DNA of 64,000 nucleotides from Octopus vulgaris. Its lineage: Eukaryota. A program made the translations under genes and the position numbers. The notes under the pieces are model-generated. The model was not told where the DNA came from. It did no database searches and was given only the letters and a program-made list of their open reading frames with translations. Position 1 is the first letter of the stretch, and each line of letters starts with the position of its first letter. Location: positions 37,882,001 through 37,946,000 of the forward strand of contig OX597820.1 in assembly GCA_951406725.2 (NCBI GenBank), read 5' to 3'. Shown one piece after another: positions 24,041 to 38,530 of this stretch.

Positions 24041-24848
24041 AGGTATTATTTTATTTTATAACACAAATGGTGAATGATAAGCTAATCTATTATAAGTTTC
24101 TGATGAACTAGTCTCTAGAACCACATAGTTGAGAAACACATTTCTTAACACAGTCACATTCTGAGTTCAAATTCAGCCCAACTTCTTTCATCTTTCTGAG
24201 GAAGGATTCGATAAAAAATTACCAATAAGATACTATGATTGACTCAATTGTCTTCTAACCCGGTTATCTTCCGGGCATAGAAATTTGTGGACTTGTGTCA
24301 ATTTAAAAAAAAAATTTCGATGCAGATCTTTCTAAAGAACTTTCTAAAGATCATCTTACAATACAATTTATAATCATTTTAAAATATAACAAAATAATTG
24401 CAACATAAGACATATCATATCCCTTCATACCCATGGATAAGGAATAGAACTTATCCATGAAGCCATTTCAAACAGCTTCGACTCATATATTAAAAAAAGG
24501 TTAAAAATCCCATATATCATATTACGTATATAAGTATTATATTTAGAGCACTCCATTTTATTTTTTTCTAGAATAAAGTACATTCAAGTAAGGAATAAAA
24601 ACAAATAACTAAATGGATAAAAGATAATAAGAAAATATTTATACGCCACCATTCTTCAAGACTTACTTAAAAATTCTCGTCTGACAAAAGAGATTTAGAT
24701 TCACTAGTGACATTTTGTAAAACGAAAATGCCATAGAATAACGTGATCAGAATTCTGTCTACATTTTACAGTAAAAAAAAATTATTTAAAGTTTACTTTA
24801 ATATTCATCGTATATGCAATTTCTTCATCCTCCATTCTCTTCATTCAG

Positions 24849-25083
24849 AGCTAAATATTGATCCTGATCTTTATATAATGTCCCCCATCAAGTATTTTCA
24901 GTAAACAACAATCAATGTAGGACAGCAATTCACCGATACATCGACTACAAATAAATGGACACAATCACTGGGAAAACTATCAATATGAATATTAACAATA
25001 CTACTGACGGAACGGACAATGAAGAAGACAATACAACTTATCTTAAACAACTTAGCAAAATAAATCTATCAAAAAGAGATAAG
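24849..25083 (+). other. Candidate first coding exon (ATG at 24955, 43 codons, phase-0 donor)
   Basis: Acceptor tccattctcttcattcag|, MDTITGKTINMNINNTTDGTDNEEDNTTYLKQLSKINLSKRDK, donor aag|gtaaaa; no family recognised. Confidence 0.35.
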
Positions 25084-25958
25084 GTAAAACAAAACAAAAA
25101 ATGAAGAAACTGTACTAAGAATCTTTGTGAATTCTGTGTTCCAAAATCAACAGAAATACAATAGTTTAAGCCAACCCGAAAAACTGATTTGCCTAGATAA
25201 CAATGTTTAGATGGCAGATGACCGCATGAATGTCCGATAACCTAACAGTTTTGCTTCTCATAGTAAATTATTTTTTCAAACATTGTTATTTCCATCATCC
25301 TTTCACGGATATTATTAATACTTATCAGCCCAAAAGTAATAGCAGTTCCACTAAACAACCATTGTCATCACTACAATCATCACTGTTGAAAACATATAAT
25401 TTAATGGAAGTGTTTCAATGACGTACGCCATATTTTCATTTTACTGAGATTGCTAACCTGATACTCTTTCAAGTAATGAGAGATTTCTTCCTATACATAT
25501 GTTGTATAATATAAACGCATCCGCAGTTCGAGAATGAACGTCAATAATACGTGCAATCTGCTTCCATCTTGAAAACATTAGTGCACTGCTTGATTAACGT
25601 ATGTTAACTACGATATACATTTATAACTTCGTGTCAGAAATGTCGCCTAAATCGGATTATTGGCTTTATCGATGTGCATTACATGTATTGGTGGCACTTC
25701 GCTGTTTCTTATTTTGTTCGCCAATAATGTGGCAGATATGAGCTGCTAATGGACTATAATTGAAGTAATTGAGACTAACGTCACACTATAACGAATATTT
25801 CTAAATGGCTGAATTTTAGTTCTTAACTCCAAACCCTTTATCTGGTGTCTGTTCAAAGAGAATTTCACACAATTTCTTGACTATTGAGATTAAATGAAAA
25901 TTGCACTGCAATTGTGCGCTATTGATAAGTGACGTAACAATATTTATATAAATTTTAA

Positions 25959-26080
25959 GGCGGCGAGCTAGCAGAATCGTCAGCACACCGGACAAAATAC
26001 TTAGCGGCATTGCGTTCGTCTTTACAATCTGAGTTCAAATTCCAATGAGGTCGGCTTTACTTTTCATCCGTTAGGGGTCG
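25959..26080 (+). mobile_element. SINE family N, 3'-truncated
   Basis: ggcggcgagctagcagaatcg...gagttcaaattcc. Confidence 0.75.
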
Positions 26081-26394
26081 CTCTGAGAAGAGGCTTCTCT
26101 GGAATTGTAACGCTTGCCTATGACTTGCTTTCATGTGTTTTTAACACCAGGCGCATTGAAAGTTTTCTCTTGCGCCTAAACCGCAGCTTACCCACGAACT
26201 GACAACACACACATCTTGCGCATGCGTGTTTGATTTTGTTTACATACCTCATGCTGCTTCTAATTCATATTTGAATCTATCTATCTATCTATCCATCCAT
26301 CCATCCATCCATCCATCCATCCATCCATCCATCCATCCATCCATCCATCCATCCATCCATCCATCCATCCATCCATCCATCCATCCATCCATCC

Positions 26395-26491
<97 letters not shown>

Positions 26492-26850
26492 AAACAGAGA
26501 GTTATTTACTTGCAAATAAATGTGTTAACATGTGATATTATTGACCGAGGTTACCGTGGTCTTTTCTTTCCACGGATAAACCTCACCTGTTTTCCCCTTT
26601 ACACTTTATATCATGACATTTCTGTGATACACGATCCCTATTGATCGATTTTTTCTTTCCTTTTATCTCTCTTTTTTTTCCTTTCTTCTTTCCTTTTTTT
26701 TTGCCTTCCTCCTTCACTTTCCTTTTTCTTTCCTTTTTACGATCCCTTTTGATCGAAAACCTACTCCCCTTTTTTTATCCCCGAAAAGAAAAGCTCTATC
26801 TTGTAATTTGTCCCGTCTGTGTGCAGCCCTGTGTGGCTAATAAAGAAACA

Positions 26851-26852
<2 letters not shown>
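26492..26852 (+). mobile_element. Tx1/L1-type LINE 3' UTR fragment inside (TATC)n
   Basis: Matches the 3' UTR of the 29412-30645 element, ending gcagccctgtgtggctaataaagaaaca; flanked by (ATCC)n(ATCT)n and (ATCT)n. Confidence 0.85.
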
Positions 26853-26946
<94 letters not shown>

Positions 26947-27516
26947 ATTATGTGCGTGTTTTTTGTTTGTATTTATCCCTCACTGCTTGACAACCAGTCC
27001 TCGTTTGTGAACGTCCTTGTCTCCTGATAGTTCGGGAAACAAAGACCAATAGAATAATCATTATATTCAATAAAAGTACTGATGCCAGTTTGTCCGCCCA
27101 AGCCTTGAAAGCGACCTGCATATGCTGCACTCCAGCGACGGGGATATGGTAATATGTATCAGTGATCGACCTTTCAGTTTATTGTTTTGTACACCATCGA
27201 TAAACTATTCCACCCACGCTTTAGTAATTGCATTTGGTCCAAATCCAAGTTTTCAGATGTTTATGCATTTGGTATATATGTATGAAGTAAGAGTCCAATC
27301 CCTGATTTCTCGGATCTGATATATAAATAGATAGCAAAACATCCTTCCACTTAACTGAGTAGATTTCTAGAATAAAGGTGGGGAAATATTTTGATATACT
27401 TATTTGTTTTTATATTCTGCTTTCATTTTGTATAATGTATTTAATTGTTTTTTTCATTTATTTGGTTTCTTTTCTTCCAAAATTAGTATCTTGTTCTTGT
27501 TTGACACACTCTAATC

Positions 27517-27555
<39 letters not shown>

Positions 27556-28142
27556 GAAAAAGTGAGATAGAGGGAGAGATAAGAGAAGAAATACTGATCG
27601 AAGAGAGAGAGAAAGAGAGGGAGAGAGGAGCGTGACGGAGGTAGAGAAGAAACATTATATTCAACTAACTATAAATAATATGAAAAAAAAAACAAAACAA
27701 AACCACCCTAAAAAAGCCAAAAGAAGAGAGCAATGAACTTAAAGCTTAAGCTTCGTTTTATCGATTTTCTGTCAATATTGATTATTACAATTGGCAGCAT
27801 CAAATAGAAATCATACAACATTAGTTATGTATGTGTAATGTCTTTGTATAAATATCTAACTCACATTTCTGATGGGTTTGGTTGGGTCGGACTTGATTTC
27901 TGTGTGGTTGGTGGTTAGTTCACTGATTTTGATCAATGGCGGGTATGAGTGCAGGTTGGCAGCGGAAAGGCAAAGGTTGGAGGTGGAGATAGAATGGAGA
28001 TGTTGGGATAGGAAGAATAGAATAGGATAGGAGAGGATAGGATTCGATCAAACGAACAAGACGCGATATCCGATACTAAAACAAGTGATTTCCCCTTCTA
28101 ACATTTGCTGGCGTTATTCCAATTGCAAATATTAGATTTCAC

Positions 28143-28192
<50 letters not shown>

Positions 28193-28272
28193 TTCGCTTA
28201 TCAAGATTTTTCTCGCTCTACTTCCTTTTTCCGTTCATTTCCCACATAAACATGCTTATGTATATACTTACA

Positions 28273-28329
<57 letters not shown>

Positions 28330-28571
28330 GCTAGAAGATACATATACATAAAAACACACTCACACACACAGACACACAGTGGAACAAATATAAGTTGTTT
28401 AAAAGGTACTCAATATATGACATAGAGTAAAATGCTATTTATTCTGCTGAAAATTTCTCGCGTAACTTCAAATTTCACGAATATACAATCAATATCATGG
28501 CCATATTCTTTAGTAAAAAATACCTTTACACTCACAAATACACTTATATATTTTCTATGCTTTTTCGCATG

Positions 28572-28625
<54 letters not shown>

Positions 28626-28759
28626 TTCTTATATAAATATAGATATGCACAAACATATACGTTTGAATATAAGTAAGTATGAATGCAAAACGTAATGTAA
28701 TTTTGTATGTATATTTATTAATATATGTACTAATAGCATAAATAAAATCACTCTTTTAT

Positions 28760-29125
28760 TTGTTTATTCTTTTATTTGTTTCAGTCATATGACTGTGGCC
28801 CTGTTGGAGCACCGCCTTTAGTCGAGGAAATCGACCCCGGGACTTATTCTTTGTAAGCTTGGTACGTATTCTATCGGTAGTTTTTGTCAAACCACTAAGC
28901 CACGGGGACATAAACCCACCAGCATCGGTTGTCAAGTGATGTTGGGGGGACAAACACACAGACTTATACACACACATATATATATAATATATACATATAC
29001 GTATACGATGGTCTTTTTTCAGTTTCCGTCTACCAAATCCATAAGGCCTTGGTCGGCCCGAAACTATAGTAGAAGACACTTGCTCAAGTTGCCACGCAAT
29101 GGTACTGAACCCAGAGCCATGTGGT
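28760..29125 (-). mobile_element. SINE family A
   Basis: Collinear with 725-1121. Confidence 0.85.
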
Positions 29126-29411
29126 TTATGTAAAAATAATATATATATATATATACTGAGAAAAAATGTCCTTAGAATTTTAGAAAAAAATTTCTTTATT
29201 TCTTCATTATCATTAGCACTTTCGTTCCTTTCTCGAATTTGTCAAATAAAATTTTGTGAATGTACAAACAGCTCGTTCATTTATATGAAACAGATGTTTT
29301 TTTGGGGTGGTTTTGTTTAGAAGAGAACATTGCTTTTGTTTTTCTTTGGGTGGAGTGCCATGACAATGGAGAAGGATGGATAGAAATATAGGTAGGTAGA
29401 TAGGCTGACAG

Positions 29412-30645
29412 ATATGTTTCTTTATTAGCCACACAGGGCTGCACACAGATAGAACAAATTACAAGGTAGAGCTTTTCTTTTGAAGGTTTAAGAAAGAAAA
29501 AAAAAAAAAAAAAGGAAGGGGGAGTTTCGATCAAAAGGGATCGTAAAAGGAGAGAAAGAGGACAAAAAAAGGGGGGTTTAAAAAAAAGGGGGGAGGAAAA
29601 AAATTGATCAATAGGGATCGTTATCACAGAAATGTCAATATGAAGTGTAAAGGGGAGGACAGGTGAGGTTTACCCGTGCAAAGAAAAGCCTACGGAAAAG
29701 ACCACGGTAACCTCGGTCAATGATGTCACATTTTATATTTCTTTTTTTTTTTTTTTGCAAATAAGCAACTCTCTGTTTTCGATTTCTGGGTTCATAGGAC
29801 TATGCTCAAGGTGGCTTCGTCATTCATACGTGCCATTCTTGCTACATTCACCCATCTTTTTTTAAAACATTCGCTAGACAAAACTTGCCTCTCTACTCTC
29901 ACTTTCCTTTTCAAGTGGTACTTGAAGAAGTTGATGAGAGATTGACCAGAGAGGAAAGTGTTTGTCTCCAATCCTTTCAGACGCGTCCACCAGATACATT
30001 CTTTCGCCATAGCCACAAGGATGATGAAAATAGCTCTTCCTTCCCGTTTGAAGGAAGGAGGCGTGACAATATTGACGATAGACTCAGCTGATAAACCGAC
30101 TCGTCCCACACGTGACAGCAGTTGTTCGACATAAGCCCACAGGTCGGAAATTGTTGGACACTGAACGAGTGCGTGCAGAACGGTTTCGTCGCTCTGACCG
30201 CATCTCGGGCAGGTCGGCCCCGTGTTTCTCGAGCCGTGTCTGTAGAGCTTATCCCGAACGGGTAGCGCTTCTCGGTAGCACTGCCAGGCCAGGGATCTCT
30301 GGAAGTTGTCCATGGGCCCTGGCCCGAAAGTCGTCCTGAACAGGCGGGTCAGGTACTCCTCGTCGACGTCCAGGTTCGCCCCGAGCTCGTCGTCGTACCT
30401 CCCCTCCACTAAACCCCTATAGAATGCTTTGGTTGTGTTGAAGTCACTTAAGGTCGACCCAGGACGGCAGAGTTGCTTGAGAGCAACGCGACACTCGCGG
30501 TGCCATTCGCCCTTCCTCGGCCTCTTTTTGATCCACGACTGCAGTTCGGTCATGGAGACGAGCTGCGGGAAAGCGTGCCTCACAAACGGCGACCACACCT
30601 GTTCACCGTCGTCTACATAGAGCCAGAGATGCCGCAGTCTCAGGA
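29412..30645 (-). mobile_element. 5'-truncated Tx1/L1-clade LINE (ORF2 C-terminus 29792-30598 with CCHC knuckle, plus 3' UTR)
   Basis: W..YREALPVRDKL...CPRCGQSDETVLHALVQC...W...IWWTR is a zf-RVT-like region; degenerate (GATA)n flanks. Confidence 0.85.
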
Positions 30646-31011
30646 CAGATAGATAGCCAGATTGATAGATAGATAGATAGTTAGATAGATAGATAAATAG
30701 ATATTCAGACAGATAGACAGATAAGTAGCGGGAAAAAGAGAGGAGGGGTATGCTACTTCCTATTTACTATTTAAATATTTATTTATCTATTTATTTAGTC
30801 CTTTACCATTCTATTGGAATGGGTTTAAGGATGGCGACCTCTCCCCCCCCCAAAAAAAAAGCAGTGCAGACTGGTCATGACTGAAAGCCATTTTGTTTTC
30901 TTTCTCTCTTCCCGTTTCCTTCTTTTTTCCCTCTTTCTTTCTTTTTCTCCTCTTTGAGTTATATTTAGAATACAATATATATATGCATATATATATGTGT
31001 ATATATATGTG

Positions 31012-31530
<519 letters not shown>

Positions 31531-31534
31531 ACTT

Positions 31535-31700
31535 CGCTAGCCACTACACATTCTTTATTTTCTCTCCCTGTTTCTTTCTGTTCCTTTCTGTTGAAGAGCG
31601 TAGGCTCGAAACGTTAAATACTTTTTCACTTTTAAACCAATACATCTGTTTGTTGTCTACACCACCTCTCTTCGTCTTTCTTTTTTTGTGAATTCTCCCT
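31535..31700 (+). mobile_element. PLE-type pseudo-LTR remnant with decayed minimal hammerhead (31585-31618)
   Basis: UUU-CUGuUGA-A-GAGC guag GCUC-GAAAC-GUU-AAA; one core mismatch; same layout as 56241-56273. Confidence 0.55.
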
Positions 31701-31839
31701 ATACACACACACACACACACACACACATATAACTTTAGTAAAAATTTAGATTCAGATGAATATGGTACTTAAGTTGAGGCACCAGAATTTAGTATCGTAT
31801 TATCCATTCAATTTAAAATAAGGTGATTATAATCAAATG

Positions 31840-31891
<52 letters not shown>

Positions 31892-32494
31892 GAGAGAGAG
31901 AGAGAGAGAGAGAAATAGATAGATACTCATATCTCTCCCCTCTCTCGCTATCTCTATTTATAAATATATATATTTGTTTATTTCTCTGTATAGGTATGTG
32001 TGTGAATACACATCTACATACACACACACTCTCACACACACACGTGCACATATTATACATTCACCCGTACACAGTGTATACGAACAATGAACTTTGAAAG
32101 CATATCATATTTCATATGTTTTATCATTAAATTGATAAAGTTGATTCAACAGGTTGCCCTCATTAGCTAGCTAGTTTTGAAGACGAAGCAAAATTTGTTT
32201 AAACCACTCGAAATTAAAATGACAATTGAAATGTGATAGTATTGGTGGTAGTGGTGGTGATGGTGGTGGTAGAAGTGGTGGCAGTGTAGGAATGAATTGA
32301 TAGTTATATAAACGTTAATGGAAATGAAACCATACATGTTTCGTGCTGAAGGTAGTACAGTAGAGACGAAACAAATAATGTTAAAATTTAAAAGAAAATA
32401 ACTAAAAAAAATACAAAATCGATAATCTAATGGCAAGAGATCTATTTTCTTTAAGCGACTTCAGAACATATTTCAGTTTTCATATACTAACGTT

Positions 32495-32499
32495 TACTG

Positions 32500-32561
<62 letters not shown>

Positions 32562-32640
32562 GTTGCTGCTGCAGCGACTACTGTAGGTGGTGCTACTGTT
32601 ATTACTACAACTGCTGTTCCGGCTACAACAGCAACAACAG

Positions 32641-32688
<48 letters not shown>

Positions 32689-32690
32689 TC
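32495..32690. repeat. (CTA)n-rich trinucleotide array
   Basis: Direct inspection. Confidence 0.9.
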
Positions 32691-32964
32691 ACTTTCACTT
32701 TCATTTTCAGTGTTGGATTTACTGACAAATATGTCGGCTATTCTATGAGTTACGTTCCATGAATTAATTCTATTGCATGTCTTTAAATGCAATTGAGGTC
32801 CTCAGTCTAAGAGGGATTTATTCTATGGAGAGGTTAGTTTGACTTGCCAAGAAGAAATTAGTCCATTCTCATAGTACAGCTTTTCAAAATTACCCTAGGC
32901 ATTATCTATACAGCGTAACTTAACTTACTATTTATTTCCTTCAATTTACCAGAACACTTCTTGT

Positions 32965-33024
<60 letters not shown>

Positions 33025-33734
33025 GAGAGAAAAAGAAAGAAAGAGTTAATGAAATCAAGTTATGAAAAATGTAGTTATTGGCTGGAGAAAGCTGGGATTA
33101 CATCGCTACAAAACGAATATCTGTTCAAAGAAAGATTGGAAATATTGGAAGAAATTCCCTTTGATAGAGAGGAAGTCGATGCATTATAAATGGATAAAGG
33201 AAGCGCGAACGGAATGCATTATTTCAATGAGACGCGATAGTTATAGGATGTTCAGCAGCAAGCAATCTGACAAGAATTCAAATGAACTTAAAACACATAT
33301 CGGAAGTATATTAAGAGTTGACCTTTGTTCCTTTCTAGTAATATCTTGATCAAAAGCTAATAGCTACTATGTGCTTTCGTATCCTTATTACACTGTGTTA
33401 TATGGTGCGGCATAGTTCTATTGCTGTTTGTCCATATTATCAGTTTAATGGCATGGGGCCTTCGTGCCTAATCAAAATGAAAACATTAGCAGCTTAATGA
33501 GGCCGAACTCTATAGATTAGGAGCTAAACGCTAAAACAGTTAATAGAGGTTTCAAATCTCGCTTGATACAATTTCTCTTTAGGGTGTATTATAAATGCAA
33601 TCACTTATTGATGTTAACAAGGAAGATTATGAAGTAAGTTGTAAGTGGTCGCTTGATCTAGCTAGGAATAGAAGCCACATTTTCTAAATGATCATCTTAT
33701 CGTCTAGTAACAGAAAGAAAACATTGATGCATGT

Positions 33735-34168
33735 AGCTTCTCAATTTCATGGTTCCGGGTCCAGTCCCACTGCGTGGTACCTTGAGCAATTGTCTTCTAC
33801 TGTAGCCTTGGGCTAACCAACGCCTTGTGAATGAATTTGGTGGACGGAAACTGAAAGAAGCCCATCGTATATATATATATATATAAATTTATATAAATAA
33901 GGATAAGATCGTTATCTAAAATACCGATCTTATCAGGCGGCCAGCATGGGAATAAAAACCTCAAAGGTAATACATATTATTGAAATTATAATTATGGGTA
34001 TCTAAGAGATACCACCATGCTAGATATAGCAGCCAAAATATGACTCTAAAGTCACGTTAAATGTTCATACAGAACTTGTGCTGTATGAACATTTAATGTG
34101 GTTTTAGAGTCAAGTTTTGGCTGCTACATCTAGCATGGTGGTATCTCTTAGATACCCTTAATTATAAT

Positions 34169-34244
<76 letters not shown>

Positions 34245-34765
34245 TGTCAATAGAACGGAATAAGCGGAGCAAGAGCACCCACGAAGATGGAAAGTCTCAC
34301 TGAAGAGGTCTCAGATTTGTGACGAAAGATTTCCGGACGATCAACATGAGTTAGAATAAAAACAATAATAAACGACTGAAGAACGAATATATATAGTACG
34401 TGTGTTTATCTGGCAAAAAAAAGGCCATCCCGAAATACAACAATATCTGTTTCAAGACACAGTTTCACATCAGGAATCTTGCAACACAAATTCATAAACG
34501 TACATATGTGTGTGTGTGTGAGTATGTGTGTGTGTGTGTTTTTGTGTCTATGTTTCTCTCCATATCGCTTGACAACCGATGTTTTTGTGTTTACGTCCCC
34601 GTAATATAGCATTTTGGCAAATGAGACTGATAGAATAAATGTTAGGCTTACAAAATAATAAATCCTGGGCTCTATTTCTTCGACTAAAAAAACCCCTTTA
34701 AGGCGGGGCTCCAGCATGGCTGTTGTCAAATGACTGAAACAAATAAAAGGTTAAAAGAATAAAGA
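33735..34765 (+). mobile_element. SINE family A split by insertions into its internal microsatellite
   Basis: 5' half 33735-33868 and 3' half 34505-34765, with about 630 bp of foreign sequence and (TA)n between them. Confidence 0.8.
33984..34172. repeat. Fold-back inverted repeat with about 88-bp arms in (TA)n
   Basis: gggtatctaagagataccaccatgctaga...gttcatacag mirrored by ctgtatgaac...tctagcatggtggtatctcttagataccc. Confidence 0.9.
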
Positions 34766-35041
34766 ATATAATCCGGGTTGGAATGCTTTAATTATTAGTT
34801 TTATTTAATCAGTTTTAATCTGGGCTTAAAGAGTAGTAACACCAGTATTGACGTCACAATATCCAATTTTCATGTTTTCATCCAATATATGGAGCCCGTG
34901 TGTCTGCAGCTAATGCTACCAGATTAATTAAAACAAATGTCATAAAGCAAAGCAATATATCTCCATGGAGACAAATTTTGGGAAACATGTTTCGAATCCT
35001 GGTTGACATTAGTTTACATCACTCATGCCACTATTGGTTAT

Positions 35042-36591
35042 TATTGGGTTGCCAGATAAATTCGATCATTTCTTTTCAATCTTATTTTAATTAACACGAA
35101 AAATATTTGTATGGTAATGTCTTACGTCTCTTTCGTAGCTCTGTTCTTCCTCTACAACATCTGCTTATGATTTTTGAAATTTGAATAAATTTTACATCAT
35201 TTCGGACATGTGACGATGGAGTAACAAGCAGAATAAAATGAACACTTTCGACATCGGCTTTTCTTCGTTCGAAAACAGCCATAATCACTCATAACATTTG
35301 TGCTGTGTACGGAGAAGGCACTACTGTTGAAAGAAAGGTTCAGAAATGGCTTTCATGCTTCAAGGAAGGGAAATTCGAATTTACATAAATTCCTCCTTCT
35401 GACCAACCTGTTCAGTTGAATGATGATCCACTGAGCAAAGTCTTCTTCGAAGTTCCACTCCAATCCACAAGTGGTTTAGCCCAATTGACAGAATGCTTTT
35501 ATGACACTGTCGCCAGTCACTTTCTCTTAATGGATAAAATCTAAAAAATCGGTGTATGGGTGGTACACGCTCTGAACAAAAGTGACAAACTCCAGCGCAC
35601 CTCTTTTGCCACCAGACTTCATGTGAACATAAACAGAGATTTCTTTATAGTATTGTCACCAGTAATGAAAAATTGTGCCTTTAGGCCAATATAAAGCAGT
35701 AGAAAGGATAGGTCCTGAAAAGGAAGTAAAACCTCGAGCTGTACCAGAGCTGAAACCACGCAAGAAAATGATCTGTATTTGGTAGAGTTGAAAGGGATAA
35801 TCCACTACGAAATGTGTGAAAACAACTACATTATTTATCAAATTTGCCATAAAGGCAGTACATAGAGTAAGGTGGCTTGCAGGCTGGACACGGACATTAA
35901 TGAGGTGAATGATAATGATACAAGGATGATAAGGATGGGAGAAGACGAAAAGCACCCGCCCGAATTTTGCTTTTCTAAAACATTGTTCTTTTTTTTAAAA
36001 ACTACTGAATGAGGTATTAACCCTCTTACAATTTTTACACTTTATGTACTAAGAAGTCCATTACAATTAAAATCAATTTAATAGGAGATAAACCTATTAC
36101 ATAAATGAATCCTTAAACTTTCTTGCCTCTTGCAGGCATGATCAATGCAGAGATTTACGTTCAGCAAATGCAACAGCTCAACGAGACATTTCAGCTAAAA
36201 CGAGCCGATCAGTTTTCGCAACACGACAACGCACGTCCCAAGTCACCAATTTGACCAAAATTCTATTCAAGAGTTCGATTGAGAGGTCCTGCCGTACACT
36301 CCGTAGACTCTTGATATAACACCTTCAGATTATTATTGGTTCCAGTAGCTTTTAAACAATCTGTGATGTGCTTCGTTCAACAACGATGTGTAGCTGAAAA
36401 CGTTACTCGATGAAGCCTTCGAGTTAAGACCCTATGATTCTATCATCAAGACCTGACAAGCAAGTAGAATTTTGGCAAGAAATGGTAGACAATAAAGAAG
36501 AATAAATTATTAATTGATTTGTTAATATTGTTGGTGAATAGTAAAGATTAACATATAAATAAACCGAACGAATTTATCTGACAACCCGATA
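35042..36591 (+). mobile_element. Full-length decayed mariner transposon with both TIRs, TA target sites and an internal insertion of about 310 bp
   Basis: TA-ttgggttgccagataaattcg / cgaatttatctgacaacccga-TA; pseudo-transposase motifs ICAVYGE, QKW..FK.G, GVWVVHAL (WVPHEL), IVTSNEK, GIIHYE, QHDNARP, PSDYY. Confidence 0.9.
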
Positions 36592-36644
36592 ACATACGAT
36601 ATGAATCTTCATAGGGTTCAATGAAAATATACATTACTTTCAAG

Positions 36645-37410
36645 CAGTGATTCTTAAAGGGTGTGCCCGGGCGTACCAGTGCGCCCGGAGTCATGCTTAG
36701 GTGAGCCCCACGAAATTCTAGGATCTAGGTAGATATTAGTGATGATAAAAAATGAATTTATAGTACATAATATCCTCACTTCAGCATTGAAATGTTCTTT
36801 ACAGAAGATCATTATTATTATGTTAACAGTGGAAAGATATCCAGCAAGGAACAGCTGGTTGCATAGAAGAAGGTTTTATACACGTTGTAAACTCGTTCAA
36901 ACGAGTTTTGTACTGGTGAGCAAGCGCGGCTGCTCAAGGCCGCCTGTAGTGTAGCAGTGACAGTAGCTGTAATAGGTTCTGCAAGTGTTGTGATGAATAG
37001 TTTTTTCGTGACACATATTCCTGTCACTGGTATATTTATCTACCGATCTAAAACTTCAATACTTTATGGAATTTTAGCCTATTGTAGTGTTACATTTGTT
37101 AAAAGTAAACGATATATATAAAAGTTTCAGATAAATATACAATAATGCACCCATACAAATGGATAGATTTCTAAAACAGAAAGGTGAATGTGATTCCAGA
37201 AGTGAACACAGATCTATGTGAGAAATGCAGAGATTCAAATAATAATGAACAATGTGCTGCAACCAGAAATAAATACACATTAACGAAAAACCTGAATATG
37301 CAGAAAACCAATGAGCGAGCTGATCATTGGAAAGCAACAGCAGGGTTCACAAAAGTAAGACATAAAAAATTGTTATGGTATCTTATCTAAGTGGAGATCA
37401 TCACTTATTC
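36645..37410 (+). mobile_element. 5' portion of a hAT (Charlie/Buster-like) transposon
   Basis: Starts cagtgattcttaaagg (CAG-type TIR); MDRFLKQK at 37159 resembles Buster-family transposase starts; the rest is decayed. Confidence 0.5.
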
Positions 37411-37869
37411 TATCTCTAGTTTCAGTCACTAGGCTTCAGCCAAGCTGGGATACTGCTTTAAGAAATATTATCAGTTACAAAGACATAAATACTTGATTTA
37501 TTTTCATTGATTTCGGAAAGATGAAAATTAAAATTTATCAGAACTCAAAACATACCTAAATACCACAGGTTATATTCTACCACTCACAAGCTTCTTTACC
37601 AAACACCAACAGAATATAAAACAGTTTAAAATCTTAGCAGTCATTTGCAAGTGTGTATGACTTGTTAGTTTGAACCATGCTTCCACTACTTGTTTTTAGG
37701 TGTCTATGTAACCACGAGCAAGCATAAATAGCTTCTCGTTTCTCCCAACCATCACTCAGTGAAACATCGAGGATATGACAACTGGTGGGAGACACAACTA
37801 CTCCAATAGCCTCCTTGTATTAATTTTCAAATGGGTAGACTGGAGCAATGTAAAATGAGGTGCTTTGCT

Positions 37870-38095
37870 CAGCTGGCAGAAACGTTAGCACGCCGGGCGA
37901 AATGCTTAATGGTATTTCGTCTGCAGCTACGTTCTGAGTTCAAATTCCGCCGAGGTCGACTTTGCCTTTCAACCTTTCGGGGTCGATTAAATAAGTACCA
38001 GTTACGCACTGGGGTCGATATAATTGACTTAATCCGTTTGTCTGTCCTTGTTTGTCCCTTCTGTGTTTAGCCCCTTGTGGGTAGTAAAGAAATAG
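37870..38095 (+). mobile_element. SINE family N
   Basis: agctggcagaaacgttagc...gccgaggtcgactttgcctttc. Confidence 0.85.
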
Positions 38096-38318
38096 ATAAA
38101 ATAAGCTACCTGATTCAGGAATGGAGCCGACGACCTTATGATCGTAAGCCTCAAACCCTTACTACTTGGCCTCATGACTTCACACACCAAGAATATAATA
38201 TGCTACTGTTTACTGTATCTAATTTTAGGAATTTGTTAATCTCGAAAATCTATGGAACTACATCTTAGAGTGTATTCCGCAAGGATACTGTATAGCTCAT
38301 ATAAGCACAGAAAACTAA

Positions 38319-38530
38319 GATGGCGAGCTGGCAGAACCGTTAGCATGTCTGGCAAAATGCTTAGCGGAATTTCACACGTCTTTACGTTCTGAGTTCAAAT
38401 CCCGCCGAGGTCGACTTTGCCTTTCATCCCTTCGAGATCGATAAAAATACATACTAGTTAAATACTGGGAGTCAATGTAATCGACTTCCCCCTCCCTCGA
38501 AATTGCTGGCCTTGCTTCAAAATTTGAAAT
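38319..38530 (+). mobile_element. SINE family N
   Basis: ggcgagctggcagaaccgttagc...gccgaggtcgactttgcctttcatcc. Confidence 0.85.

Noticed and set aside
36105-36136. Splice-acceptor-like tttcttgcctcttgcag suggesting an intron in the mariner
   Set aside because: ttgcctcttgcaggc is needed as transposase coding sequence (LPLAG) and there is no good donor, so the interruption is an insertion.
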